Below, in pieces: positions 40,595 to 50,302 of a stretch of 64,000 nt of DNA (within the stretch, counting starts at the first letter, position 1; every line of letters starts with the position of its first letter). The stretch comes from Candidatus Latescibacterota bacterium (GTDB lineage: Bacteria > Latescibacterota > UBA2968 > GCA-2709665): the NCBI GenBank assembly GCA_963667175.2, contig CAXXXF010000005.1, positions 22,431 through 86,430 of the forward strand, in the 5' to 3' direction. Position numbers and translations under genes: made by a program. Below the pieces are notes generated by a model. It did no database searches and was not told the origin of the DNA. It saw nothing but the letters and a program-made list of their open reading frames with translations.

Positions 40595-40817
40595 GGGTTC
40601 GGGGCCTCATGAAGTGACACGCGATGAGGAGGGGCGGCGTGACGGCGCAGGCCGGAATTCCAACGCCGCGCCCATTTGGAACCGACGGCGATAAATAAGC
40701 GAAAACCTGACGCTTCTGTCAAGGGAAAAGCACCCGTCAGACATCCCATTCGCCGGACGCCTCGGGCCCGGCTCGAGGCAGATCCGGAAAACTTGACTTT
40801 TTCGTACATTTTTAATC

Positions 40818-40846
40818 TTGACACGTGGTTGCGGATTGGGTATGTT
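40818..40846 (+). promoter_or_regulatory. Putative sigma70 promoter of the suf cluster
   Basis: TTGACA, 17-bp spacer, TATGTT, in the AT-rich nuoA/sufB divergent gap. Confidence 0.65.
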
Positions 40847-40932
40847 AGGGTTGAATTCAGGAAACGTTATTGTCACGTCATAGAAAATGCAACAAAACTA
40901 ATGCCCTTTTAAGCTGATGAAGGGAGCGCCCG

Positions 40933-42399
40933 ATGGGTGGGGAAGTACAGGAACTCGAAGAACTCGCAACGAGAGAATACAAATACGGCTTCGTAACGGA
41001 CGTCGAACAGGACGCCGCGCCGCCCGGCCTGAACGAGGACATCATCGCCTTCATTTCCCGGAAGAAGAGCGAACCGGACTGGCTGTTGCAGTGGCGGCTC
41101 AAAGCCTATCACAACTGGCTCAAGATGGAGGATCCGACCCGTCGCAAGCGAAGCCGGCAGTGGGCTATGGTCGACTATCCTGATATCGACTACCAGAATA
41201 TCATCTATTATTCGGCGCCCAAGGAGGCGGAGACGCTGCAGAGCCTCGACGAGGTAGACCCTGAAATCCTTCGGACCTACGAAAAACTGGGCATCCCCCT
41301 CGAGGAGCAGAAGATACTGGCCGGCGTGGCGGTCGACGCCGTTTTCGACAGCGTTTCCGTAGCCACCACGTTCAAGGACAAGCTTTCCGAACTGGGAGTC
41401 ATCTTCTGTTCGTTTTCGGAAGCGGTGCACGAGCACCCCGAACTGGTGAGAAAATATCTCGGTTCCGTCGTGCCGTACAACGACAATTTCTTCGCCGCGC
41501 TAAACTCCGCCGTCTTTACCGACGGCTCTTTCTGCTACATCCCGCGGGGTGTGCGGTGTCCGATGGAACTGTCCACGTACTTCCGCATCAACGCCGCCAA
41601 CACAGGCCAGTTCGAACGGACGCTCATCGTCGCCGAAGAAGGGGCCTACGTATCGTATCTCGAAGGTTGCACCGCCCCGCAGAGAGACGAGAATCAGCTT
41701 CACGCCGCCGTTGTGGAACTGGTTGCCCTGGACGACGCGCAGATCAAGTACTCGACCGTTCAGAACTGGTATCCCGGCGACGAAGACGGCGTGGGCGGCA
41801 TCTACAATTTCGTAACCAAACGCGGCGCCTGCCGAGGCGCGAATGCCAAGATCTCCTGGACACAGGTGGAGACCGGGTCGGCCATCACCTGGAAATATCC
41901 CAGCTGCATCCTCCAGGGCGACAACTCCATCGGAGAATTCTATTCCGTGGCCGTTACCAGTGGGCGCCAGCAAGCCGATACGGGCACCAAGATGATTCAC
42001 CTCGGCAGGAATACGCGCAGCACAATCGTATCGAAAGGCATCTCCGCGAAGAACGGTCAGAACACGTACCGGGGGCGAGTGCAGGTTCTGAAGGGCGCAG
42101 CGAGCGCCAGAAACTTCACGCAATGCGACTCCATGCTCATCGGCGACCAGTGCGGGGCGCACACCTTCCCTTACATCGACGTAAGGAACACCACCTCGCA
42201 GGTAGAGCACGAAGCCTCCACTTCAAAGATCGGTGAAGATCAGATCTTCTACTGCAACCAGCGCGGTATTTCCACCGAAGACGCCGTCTCCATGATCGTC
42301 AACGGCTTCTGCAAAGAGGTGCTGGCCGAACTCCCCATGGAATTCGCCGTCGAAGCGCAGAAACTGCTTGGCATCAGTCTGGAAGGCAGCGTCGGATAA
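40933..42399 (+). CDS. sufB: Fe-S cluster assembly protein SufB
   Basis: [24 protein letters not shown] and EHEASTSKI motifs; ends LEGSVG. Confidence 0.98.
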   Translation: MGGEVQELEELATREYKYGFVTDVEQDAAPPGLNEDIIAFISRKKSEPDWLLQWRLKAYHNWLKMEDPTRRKRSRQWAMVDYPDIDYQNIIYYSAPKEAETLQSLDEVDPEILRTYEKLGIPLEEQKILAGVAVDAVFDSVSVATTFKDKLSELGVIFCSFSEAVHEHPELVRKYLGSVVPYNDNFFAALNSAVFTDGSFCYIPRGVRCPMELSTYFRINAANTGQFERTLIVAEEGAYVSYLEGCTAPQRDENQLHAAVVELVALDDAQIKYSTVQNWYPGDEDGVGGIYNFVTKRGACRGANAKISWTQVETGSAITWKYPSCILQGDNSIGEFYSVAVTSGRQQADTGTKMIHLGRNTRSTIVSKGISAKNGQNTYRGRVQVLKGAASARNFTQCDSMLIGDQCGAHTFPYIDVRNTTSQVEHEASTSKIGEDQIFYCNQRGISTEDAVSMIVNGFCKEVLAELPMEFAVEAQKLLGISLEGSVG

Positions 42400-42525
42400 T
42401 GCTCATCCGGCGACGAACGGAGAAGCCGAAAACGCATCGACGGCTTCCCCGGAGGCCTGCGTAAACGACCCGTTACCCCGGGCTTCATCCCCGTAACATC
42501 GACGATTTTCCGTAGAGGAACACGA

Positions 42526-43299
42526 ATGCTGGAAATCAATGACCTGCACGCAAGCGTCGAGGGCGCCGTCATCCTTGCCGGTATCGACCTGAGAATCAAC
42601 GCAGGCGAAATCCACGCCATTATGGGTCCCAACGGATCCGGCAAGAGCACCCTCGCCCAGGTACTGGCCGGACGGGAAGAGTACGAGGTGACCCGGGGCT
42701 CGGTACACTACGAGGGGGTAGACCTGCTGGAACTGGACCCGGAAGAACGCGCCCAGGCCGGCATCTTCATGGCCTTTCAATATCCTGTGGAAATTCCCGG
42801 CGTAAACAGTGCCTATTTTCTCAGGACCGCACTCAACGAACTTCGCAAGGCACGGGGCCGAGACGAACTCGACGCGATGGATTTTCTTGCGCTTTCCAGG
42901 GAGAAGCTCGAACTGGTGGAGATGGACGAGTCCTTTCTCAACCGTTCGGTGAACGAGGGCTTCTCCGGTGGTGAAAAGAAACGCAACGAGATTTTTCAGA
43001 TGGCAATGCTCGAACCCAGGCTGGCCATTATGGACGAAACGGATTCCGGGCTTGACATCGACGCGCTGAAAATCGTGGCCAACGGCGTGAATACGCTTCA
43101 CCGAAAGACCCCCGGGGGCGCGGTCCTGGTGGTCACCCACTATCAGCGGTTGCTGAACTACATAGTACCCGACTTCGTGCATGTACTTCTGAATGGCCGT
43201 ATCGTCAAATCGGGCGGCAAGGAACTCTCTCAGAAGCTGGAAGCCGAAGGCTACGATTGGCTTCGCGAGGAGTCGGCGGTCCGACTCGCCAATGATTAG
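42526..43299 (+). CDS. sufC: Fe-S cluster assembly ATPase SufC
   Basis: [30 protein letters not shown] and DETDSGLD motifs. Confidence 0.98.
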   Translation: MLEINDLHASVEGAVILAGIDLRINAGEIHAIMGPNGSGKSTLAQVLAGREEYEVTRGSVHYEGVDLLELDPEERAQAGIFMAFQYPVEIPGVNSAYFLRTALNELRKARGRDELDAMDFLALSREKLELVEMDESFLNRSVNEGFSGGEKKRNEIFQMAMLEPRLAIMDETDSGLDIDALKIVANGVNTLHRKTPGGAVLVVTHYQRLLNYIVPDFVHVLLNGRIVKSGGKELSQKLEAEGYDWLREESAVRLAND

Positions 43300-43315
43300 G
43301 AGAGGAAGCCGCGCC

Positions 43316-44641
43316 ATGGTCAACACGGGCATGCACGCCTACCTGACGGCATTCGCCACACTCGAAGAGAGCCTTAACGGCCGGTCCGCGGCGCCCCTGC
43401 ACGAACTTCGCAGGTCGGCAATCAGACGATTCGAGAAACTCGGGTTTCCGGGCACGAGAGACGAAGCCTGGTTTCACACAAATGTCGCGCCGCTCGCCCG
43501 CACTTCGTTTCGCACGTCGACGCAAGCCGATGCGCGTCGGCTCTGGAAAACGGAAGACGCCATCGAGGATCTGGCGTCATCGCGCCTGGTTTTCATCAAT
43601 GGCTTCTTCAGCGCCGAGAATTCGCGGACCGAAGATCTTCCCGACGGCGTACGCGCCGGCAGTCTTGCGGCGTTATTGGCGACCGAACCCGAATGGGTTG
43701 AAGACCATATCGCGCGGCACGCCGCGTACGAAGAGCGCCCCTTCGTCGCCCTCAATACCGCGTTCCTGCAGGATGGCGCCTACGTATATATCCCACGGGG
43801 CGCCGCCGTAGAGACGCCCATTCACGTGGTTTTCGTTTCATCCGCGTCAGACTCGGCTTCCGTCTCACACCCCCGCATGCTGGTCCTGGCCGAAGAAAAC
43901 AGCCAGGCCACGATTGTCGAAACCTATACCGGCGGCGGCGCCTATTTCACGAACGCCGTATCGGAAGTTGTCGCGGGCGACGGCGCTATAGTGGACCACT
44001 ACAAGCTGGAGCTCGAGAGCCCGGAAGCGTTTCACGTTGCCACCATGCAATGCCGGCAGGGCGCGCGGAGCGACCTCTGCACGCACGCCATCTCTCTCGG
44101 AGGCAAGCTGGTGCGTAACGAAGTCAACGCGCTGCTGGCCGGTGAAGCCGGCGAAGCCACGGTCAACGGCTTCTATCTGACCGACCGCGAGCAGCATATC
44201 GACAACCATACCCTGATCGAACACGCCGAACCCAATTGCAACAGCCACGAACTTTACAAGGGAATACTCGGCGGCCGGTCCAGCGGCGTGTTCCGCGGCA
44301 AGATACACGTTCACCAGAAAGCGCAGGAGACCGACGCCTACCAGAGCAACCAGAGCCTGCTCATCTCCGACGACGCGGACGTCAATACCAAGCCCCAGCT
44401 CGAAATCTATGCCGATCAGGTCAAGTGCTCACACGGCGCGACGATTGGGCAACTCGACCGGAACGCGGTCTTCTACCTGCGCTCGCGCGGGTTGAATGAT
44501 GACACCGCACAGCGTATCCTGATACACGCATTCGCTATCGACATCCTGAACAGAGTCAAACCCGAACCCGTCCGAAATTATCTGGAACGGATTGTCATGG
44601 AAAAATTCGAACGGGCGAGAGATACCGGGAATCTGCCATGA
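43316..44641 (+). CDS. sufD: Fe-S cluster assembly protein SufD
   Basis: KPQLEIYADQVKCSHGATIG and FYLRSRG motifs. Confidence 0.96.
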   Translation: MVNTGMHAYLTAFATLEESLNGRSAAPLHELRRSAIRRFEKLGFPGTRDEAWFHTNVAPLARTSFRTSTQADARRLWKTEDAIEDLASSRLVFINGFFSAENSRTEDLPDGVRAGSLAALLATEPEWVEDHIARHAAYEERPFVALNTAFLQDGAYVYIPRGAAVETPIHVVFVSSASDSASVSHPRMLVLAEENSQATIVETYTGGGAYFTNAVSEVVAGDGAIVDHYKLELESPEAFHVATMQCRQGARSDLCTHAISLGGKLVRNEVNALLAGEAGEATVNGFYLTDREQHIDNHTLIEHAEPNCNSHELYKGILGGRSSGVFRGKIHVHQKAQETDAYQSNQSLLISDDADVNTKPQLEIYADQVKCSHGATIGQLDRNAVFYLRSRGLNDDTAQRILIHAFAIDILNRVKPEPVRNYLERIVMEKFERARDTGNLP

Positions 44642-45918
44642 GCCCGTCAGCACATGCCCTCGCCGAACGGCTCTCCTGCCCGCTCGTCGAGCATGCGGGT
44701 CCGTTCGATCCTTACCGTATCCGTCGGGATTTTCCGGTTCTGAGCCAATCCATTCGGGGCAAACCGCTGGTCTACCTCGACAATGCCGCGACAACCCAGA
44801 AACCCAGGCATGTGCTCGACGTCCTCGAAGTCTTTTACGAAGCGGCAAATGCCAACGTGCATCGCGGGGTCCATCATCTCAGCCAGGTTGCAACGGATTC
44901 CTACGAGGGCGCGCGCGGCAAGGTCCGTCAGTTTCTGAACGCGGCCCACGACCGGGAAATCGTCTTCACCGCCGGCACGACGGACAGCATCAATCTGGTT
45001 GCGCAGACGTTCGGGCGAACGCATGTGGATTCGGGAGACGAAATCCTCGTTTCCGCAATGGAGCACCACTCGAATATCGTGCCGTGGCAGATGCTCTGCG
45101 AGGAAAAAGGCGCAACACTGCGCGTGATTCCCATGAACGACCGGGGGGAGTTGCTGATTGAAGAGTGCGAACGGCGGATGAACGAGCGCACGAAGCTCGT
45201 CGCCGTCGTTCACGTGTCGAACGTCCTCGGCACACGCAATCCCGTCTCCGCCATTGTAGAACTCGCACGCAAACGCGGTATCCCCGTTTTGCTCGACGGA
45301 GCCCAGGCAGTCCCGCACTTCAAGGTGGACGTTCAGGCGTTGGGATGCGACTTTTATGCCTTTTCGGGGCACAAGCTGTACGGTCCGACCGGCATCGGGG
45401 TTCTGTACGGAAGAAGCGAACTGCTGGATTCGATGCCTCCCTACCGGGGAGGAGGCGGGATGATTCGCGAGGTGGCTTTTGAGAATACCACCTATGCCGA
45501 CCCGCCAGCCCGCTTCGAGGCCGGCACGCCCCATATTGCCGGCTGTATCGGCCTGGGCGCCGCGATCGACTATCTGAACCGGATCGACCTGGAAGCCGCC
45601 GCCGCATACGAGAATGACCTGTTCGCCTATGCCACCGATGCCCTGTCCGAGATTTCAGATCTGAGAATTGTCGGCACGGCGGAAGAGAAGGTCAGCGTCA
45701 TTTCCTTCGTGATGGATGGCGTCCACCCGCACGACGTCGGTACCATCGTCGACCAGCAGGGCGTGGCGGTACGTGCCGGACACCACTGCGCACAGCCCGT
45801 CATGCGTCATTTCAACGTCCCCGCAACGACGCGAGCGGCCACCGCGTTCTACAATACGCGAGAAGACGTCGACACGCTTGTACGCGCGTTGCATACGGCC
45901 AGTGAGGTCTTCCTTTAA
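44638..45918 (+). CDS. sufS: Cysteine desulfurase SufS
   Basis: YLDNAATTQKP, SGHK (PLP Lys) and RAGHHCA motifs. Confidence 0.97.
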   Translation: MSPSAHALAERLSCPLVEHAGPFDPYRIRRDFPVLSQSIRGKPLVYLDNAATTQKPRHVLDVLEVFYEAANANVHRGVHHLSQVATDSYEGARGKVRQFLNAAHDREIVFTAGTTDSINLVAQTFGRTHVDSGDEILVSAMEHHSNIVPWQMLCEEKGATLRVIPMNDRGELLIEECERRMNERTKLVAVVHVSNVLGTRNPVSAIVELARKRGIPVLLDGAQAVPHFKVDVQALGCDFYAFSGHKLYGPTGIGVLYGRSELLDSMPPYRGGGGMIREVAFENTTYADPPARFEAGTPHIAGCIGLGAAIDYLNRIDLEAAAAYENDLFAYATDALSEISDLRIVGTAEEKVSVISFVMDGVHPHDVGTIVDQQGVAVRAGHHCAQPVMRHFNVPATTRAATAFYNTREDVDTLVRALHTASEVFL

Positions 45919-46370
45919 TGTCCGACCTTCGGGAACTCTACCAGCAGGTCATCCTGGACCATAACAGGAGTCCGCGAAACTTCCGGATCATGGTCGATCC
46001 GGACCGGACGTCCGAAGGCAACAATCCGCTGTGCGGCGATCACCTGAACGTCTTTGTCAAATTCGAGGGCGACCGGATCGCGGATATCGCCTTTCTGGGC
46101 GCCGGATGCGCCATTTCGAAGGCGTCGGCTTCCCTGATGACCGATGCGGTCAAGGGCCGGACGCTGCAGGAAGCGGAGTCGCTATTCCGTAAGTTCCACG
46201 ATGTCGTGACCAGCGATGTCTCGTCTCAGCCCGATACGGACGGTATCGGTAAACTGGCCGTCTTTACCGGAGTGCGTGAATTTCCCGTGCGCATCAAATG
46301 CGCCACCCTCGCCTGGCACGCCCTTCTGGCCGCACTTGAGAACCGGAGCCAGCCGGTAACCACCGAGTAG
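45918..46370 (+). CDS. sufU: SufU (NifU-like sulfur-transfer protein)
   Basis: LYQQVILDH, NPLCGD, GCAISKAS and RIKCATL motifs. Confidence 0.96.
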   Translation: MSDLRELYQQVILDHNRSPRNFRIMVDPDRTSEGNNPLCGDHLNVFVKFEGDRIADIAFLGAGCAISKASASLMTDAVKGRTLQEAESLFRKFHDVVTSDVSSQPDTDGIGKLAVFTGVREFPVRIKCATLAWHALLAALENRSQPVTTE

Positions 46371-46393
46371 TCGAAGATGAGGAGGATTTCGCT

Positions 46394-46897
46394 TTGCTCG
46401 ACCGATTGCTGAACCGTCTGTACAGTAACGACAAGGAAGACGAGCACGCGAATCGAGAAGGCGCACTGGACGCAGGCGCGGAAGACCATGCGACTCCCGT
46501 CGATACGAGCGCGCTGGAAGCGCACGCCGCCGGACGCGCAGAAGAACGGCAGGCAACGGCCGAGGCGGCCGAATCCGACGGCCCGGCAGACACCGAGGCC
46601 GTCACGGAGAACATCATCGCGGCCCATCGTACGGTATTCGACCCTGAGATTCCTGTCAACGTCTACGATATCGGCCTCATTTACGACGTCAAGGTCGAAC
46701 CCTCCGGGATGGCGTACGTCCGCATGACCCTCACCTCCCCCGCCTGTCCGGCGGCGGGAATCCTTCCGGGGCAGGTAGAGAGCGCCACCCGATCGGTCGA
46801 CGGCGTCCGGGACGTCAACCTGGACCTGACCTTCGACCCGCCCTGGAACCCGGAAATGATGTCGGAAGCCGCAAGGCTCGAACTCGGACTGCTGTAG
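46394..46897 (+). CDS. sufT: DUF59/SufT-type Fe-S maturation protein with acidic N-terminal extension
   Basis: DPEIPVNVYDIGLIY, MTLTSPACP and FDPPW motifs. Confidence 0.88.
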   Translation: MLDRLLNRLYSNDKEDEHANREGALDAGAEDHATPVDTSALEAHAAGRAEERQATAEAAESDGPADTEAVTENIIAAHRTVFDPEIPVNVYDIGLIYDVKVEPSGMAYVRMTLTSPACPAAGILPGQVESATRSVDGVRDVNLDLTFDPPWNPEMMSEAARLELGLL

Positions 46898-47040
46898 CCT
46901 GATTTCAGCGACTCGCCACAACACGCTTCCATCGCGGGTATGGAATCCCGACCCGCGGCATTGAAGGATCCTTGCTACAGTTAACCGGACGGATGGAATC
47001 ATCCAGACCTCCAACCCGTACAGAGGAATACGATAGCGCC

Positions 47041-47520
47041 ATGAAATTGAGCGCTGGGGAAGAATACGGGCTTCGGTGCCTGCTTCAGATCGGCCGGCGG
47101 CAGAGAGAAACCGGCGGCGGCCTCTCCATATCGGAGATCAGCCAGATTGAGGGCCTTTCCGTTCCCAATGTCGCAAAGCTGATGCGTCTCTTGCGCCTCG
47201 GGGGATTCGTGGAGAGCGTTCGAGGTCAGTCGGGAGGGTACGTACTCGCGCAGCCGGCCGACGTGGTTGTGGTTGGCGACGTGCTGGCTGCACTCGGCGG
47301 TCGCCTCTTCAGTCCGGAATTCTGCGACGAACACGCTGGCCAGGAAGCGCTGTGCACGCACTCCGTCGACTGTTCGATCCGGTCGCTCTGGACCTCGGTA
47401 CAGTCCGTGATCGATCAGCTGCTGAGCCGCGTTACCCTGAATGACCTCCTGAGAGAAGAACAGGCCACGGATGCGTGTCTGCAGAACGTGACGAGGGAGC
47501 TGATTCAGGTAACGGACTGA
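47041..47520 (+). CDS. Rrf2-family (IscR-like) regulator with three C-terminal Cys
   Basis: YGLRCL, ESVRGQSGGY and FCDEH...LCTHSVDCSIRSLW motifs. Confidence 0.9.
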   Translation: MKLSAGEEYGLRCLLQIGRRQRETGGGLSISEISQIEGLSVPNVAKLMRLLRLGGFVESVRGQSGGYVLAQPADVVVVGDVLAALGGRLFSPEFCDEHAGQEALCTHSVDCSIRSLWTSVQSVIDQLLSRVTLNDLLREEQATDACLQNVTRELIQVTD

Positions 47521-47624
47521 CTTCCCGCCCGGTTTTGTGGTGCGGGCGACAGGATTGCCCGCGGCTCAATGCCTCCGACGCCGGCCAGAAGCAACGAATA
47601 CAACCACACTGCCAGAGGTGATCC

Positions 47625-48119
47625 ATGGGACTTGAGACGGGACTCGGGGACAACGTTATCACGACCACTCTGTCCAAGATGATAAACTGGGCGCGCAAGT
47701 CATCCCTCTGGCCGATGCCGTTCGGCACGGCCTGTTGCGCCATCGAAATGATGGCCACGCTTTCGGGTCGCTTCGACATGGCCCGGTTCGGCGCCGAAGC
47801 GGTTCGGTTTTCGCCCCGTCAGTCCGATCTGCTCATTGTATCCGGACGGATTTCGATCAAGATGATGCCGGTACTTAAGAAGATCTACGATCAGATGCCG
47901 GATCCGAAATGGGTGATATCGATGGGCGCATGCGCATCGTCAGGGGGTGTATTCAATACGTACACCCTGGTGCAGGGCGTCGACCAGTTCCTGCCGGTAG
48001 ATATCTACGTGCCCGGCTGCCCGCCCCGCCCCGAGGATCTGCTGTTCGCGCTGATGAAGATCCAGGAAAAAATCGACCGGGAACATCCTGCGAAGCCAGC
48101 CGTGGCGCTGGAATCCTGA
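47625..48119 (+). CDS. nuoB: Second, orphan NuoB-family [4Fe-4S] subunit
   Basis: [25 protein letters not shown] and PGCPPRPE; all four Cys ligands intact. Confidence 0.93.
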   Translation: MGLETGLGDNVITTTLSKMINWARKSSLWPMPFGTACCAIEMMATLSGRFDMARFGAEAVRFSPRQSDLLIVSGRISIKMMPVLKKIYDQMPDPKWVISMGACASSGGVFNTYTLVQGVDQFLPVDIYVPGCPPRPEDLLFALMKIQEKIDREHPAKPAVALES

Positions 48120-48159
48120 CCGCCCTGTCAACGCACATCTCTCTGAGGGGAAGGTCGAT

Positions 48160-48744
48160 ATGAACATCACCGTTACTGAAGCCGCGCAGAAGGAGGTCGT
48201 CAACCTGATCCGGAACCAGGAGTCGGCCATCGTCGGCGTTCGTGTCAAGGCGGAAGCCGTATCGCCGCTGCAGGCCAACTACCGACTCGCGTTTGTTGCC
48301 CGCGGACAGGAAGGGGAGGCGGACGAGGTCACGCCATTCGACGGATTCAACATCTACGTCGATCCGGAAAGCGTCCCGTACGCGCAGGACATCACACTGG
48401 ACTTTGTGGACAGCCTGATGGGCCGCGGATTTAAAATTGAGAATCCCAACAAGGTGCCGCCGCACCTCAAGGGCACCGCCGCGGAGAAGATCCAGAACAT
48501 CATTGACGAGAAGATCAATCCCAGCGTGGCGATGCACGGCGGTCATATCTCTCTGGTCGACGTGAAGGACAACAAAGCATACATTCAGTTCGGGGGCGGA
48601 TGCCAGGGCTGCGGCATGGTCGACGTGACACTCAAGCAGGGCGTCGAGGTTCTGATAAAGGAGGCCGTGCCCGAAATTGATGAGATCCTCGACATTACCG
48701 AACACGCGGACGGCGAAAACCCGTACTACCAGGCCTCAAAATAA
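48160..48744 (+). CDS. nfuA: NfuA-like Fe-S carrier (degenerate A-type domain + NifU C-terminal domain)
   Basis: GFKIENPN, INPSVAMHGG, GGGCQGCG and TEHADGENPYY motifs. Confidence 0.92.
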   Translation: MNITVTEAAQKEVVNLIRNQESAIVGVRVKAEAVSPLQANYRLAFVARGQEGEADEVTPFDGFNIYVDPESVPYAQDITLDFVDSLMGRGFKIENPNKVPPHLKGTAAEKIQNIIDEKINPSVAMHGGHISLVDVKDNKAYIQFGGGCQGCGMVDVTLKQGVEVLIKEAVPEIDEILDITEHADGENPYYQASK

Positions 48745-48751
48745 CACCGGC

Positions 48752-48807
48752 GAAAATGCAACGGCAGACGACCGGGGGTCTCCCCTCGCGTCTGCCGTTG
48801 CATTTTC
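48752..48807. terminator. Long perfect inverted repeat (19-bp arms) after nfuA
   Basis: gaaaatgcaacggcagacg (48752-48770) and cgtctgccgttgcattttc (48789-48807). Confidence 0.65.
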
Positions 48808-48824
48808 AGGCGATTGAAAAGGTC

Positions 48825-50252
48825 ATGCAAACGTCTATCCGGACACGTCCATTCAGGATCGTTCTCGTTTCGACGTACGAACTCGGGCGGCAGCCATTCG
48901 GTCTCGCATCGCCGGCCGCATGGTTGCGTGCGCATGGAATGGACGTTGTGCTCGCGGACGTCTCGATCGGCGATTTTCCGCACGAAGCCGTTCGCGCCGC
49001 AGACCTTGTGGCGTTCTACGTCCCGATGCATACCGCCACGCGGCTGGCCGTGCCCCTGGTGGGGAAGGTGCGCGGCTTGAACGCCAATGCACACCTCTGT
49101 TTCTACGGTCTTTACGCGCCGGTCAATGAATCTTATCTGCGCGGTCTGGGCGCGCAGACGGTCCTCGGCGGGGAATTCGAAACGGGCCTGCTTCGTCTCT
49201 GCAACCGGCTCCGGGCGAAACCGGAAGCCTGGCGCCGCCGGTCCGAACCCGTCGTCTTTCTGGGCCGACAGCGGTTTCTTCCGCCCGACCGAAGGGGTCT
49301 GCCGGACCTCTCAAAGTATGCACGGCTCTCCACGGGCGCCGGACAGGAAAGGATCGTGGGCTATACGGAGGCCAGCCGGGGCTGCAAACATCTTTGCCGC
49401 CATTGCCCGGTGGTTCCCGTATACAACGGCCGATTCCGTATCGTGCAAACGGACGTCGTGCTGGACGACGTCGCGAAACAGGTTGACGAAGGGGCCGCAC
49501 ACGTCACGTTTGGCGATCCCGACTTTTTCAACGGCATCGGACACGCGGTACCCCTGATTCAGGAACTCCACGCGAGGTTTCCCGAGTTAACGTACGACAT
49601 TACCGTCAAGGTCGAACACCTTCTGAAATACAGCCGTTTTCTTCCCGTACTGCGGAATACCGGGTGCGCCATTGTTACGACCGCCGCGGAGTCACTCGAC
49701 GACGGCGTCCTCACGCTGATGGACAAGGGCCATTCGGTCGACGACTTCATCCAGGTCGTACGACTTTTCCGCCGGTACGGCCTGGTATTGAACCCCACGT
49801 TCATCCCCTTCACACCCTGGACCACCGCTGATCAGTACGCGGGTTTCCTTGACACCCTCGCAGAACTGGACCTGATCGAAAACGTCTCCCCGGTGCAACT
49901 GACCATCCGGCTTCTCATTCCCCGGGGATCGAGACTTCTGGAACTCGGCCGGGTCCGGGGCCTGGTCGGGCCGTTTTCAGACGAGGCGCTGACCTACCCC
50001 TGGAGTCATCCCGATACCCGTCTGGACCGGCTACAGCGCGAACTCACCCGGTTGGTTACGCGGCTTCAGAATCGGGACGCCACCCGGCGGCGGATCTTTC
50101 ACCGGATCCGTTCGACCGTCGATACACGGCTGGATCGTCCGACGTCCGTTCGAGATCCGGATTTCGAGCCGCCGCACCGGCCCGTCCCCCACCTCACCGA
50201 ACCCTGGTACTGCTGAGCGGAGCCGACCGAAGAGCAGTTTGCTCTTGTGTGA
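48825..50252 (+). CDS. CUAEP-tail radical SAM selenoprotein (TGA 50214-50216 read as Sec)
   Basis: Contains STYELGRQPFGLAS and CKHLCRHC (CxxxCxxC). The C-terminus reads EPWYC*AEPTEEQFALV*, matching the CUAEP/CCAEP tail. A hairpin follows the TGA. Confidence 0.88.
50230..50246 (+). promoter_or_regulatory. Candidate SECIS hairpin for the CUAEP tail
   Basis: aagagca-gtt-tgctctt. The loop starts with G, 20 nt after the TGA. Confidence 0.6.
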
Positions 50253-50302
50253 TCGAACGCATCGCCCTGAACGAACCGCGCGACAAACGGTTTGCAGTTT
50301 CT

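Noticed and set aside
47518-48119. Sec read-through at other TGA stops (Rrf2, nuoB2, HD protein, lipoprotein)
   Set aside because: These proteins are complete at the stop, with no Cys-equivalent context or convincing downstream extension.
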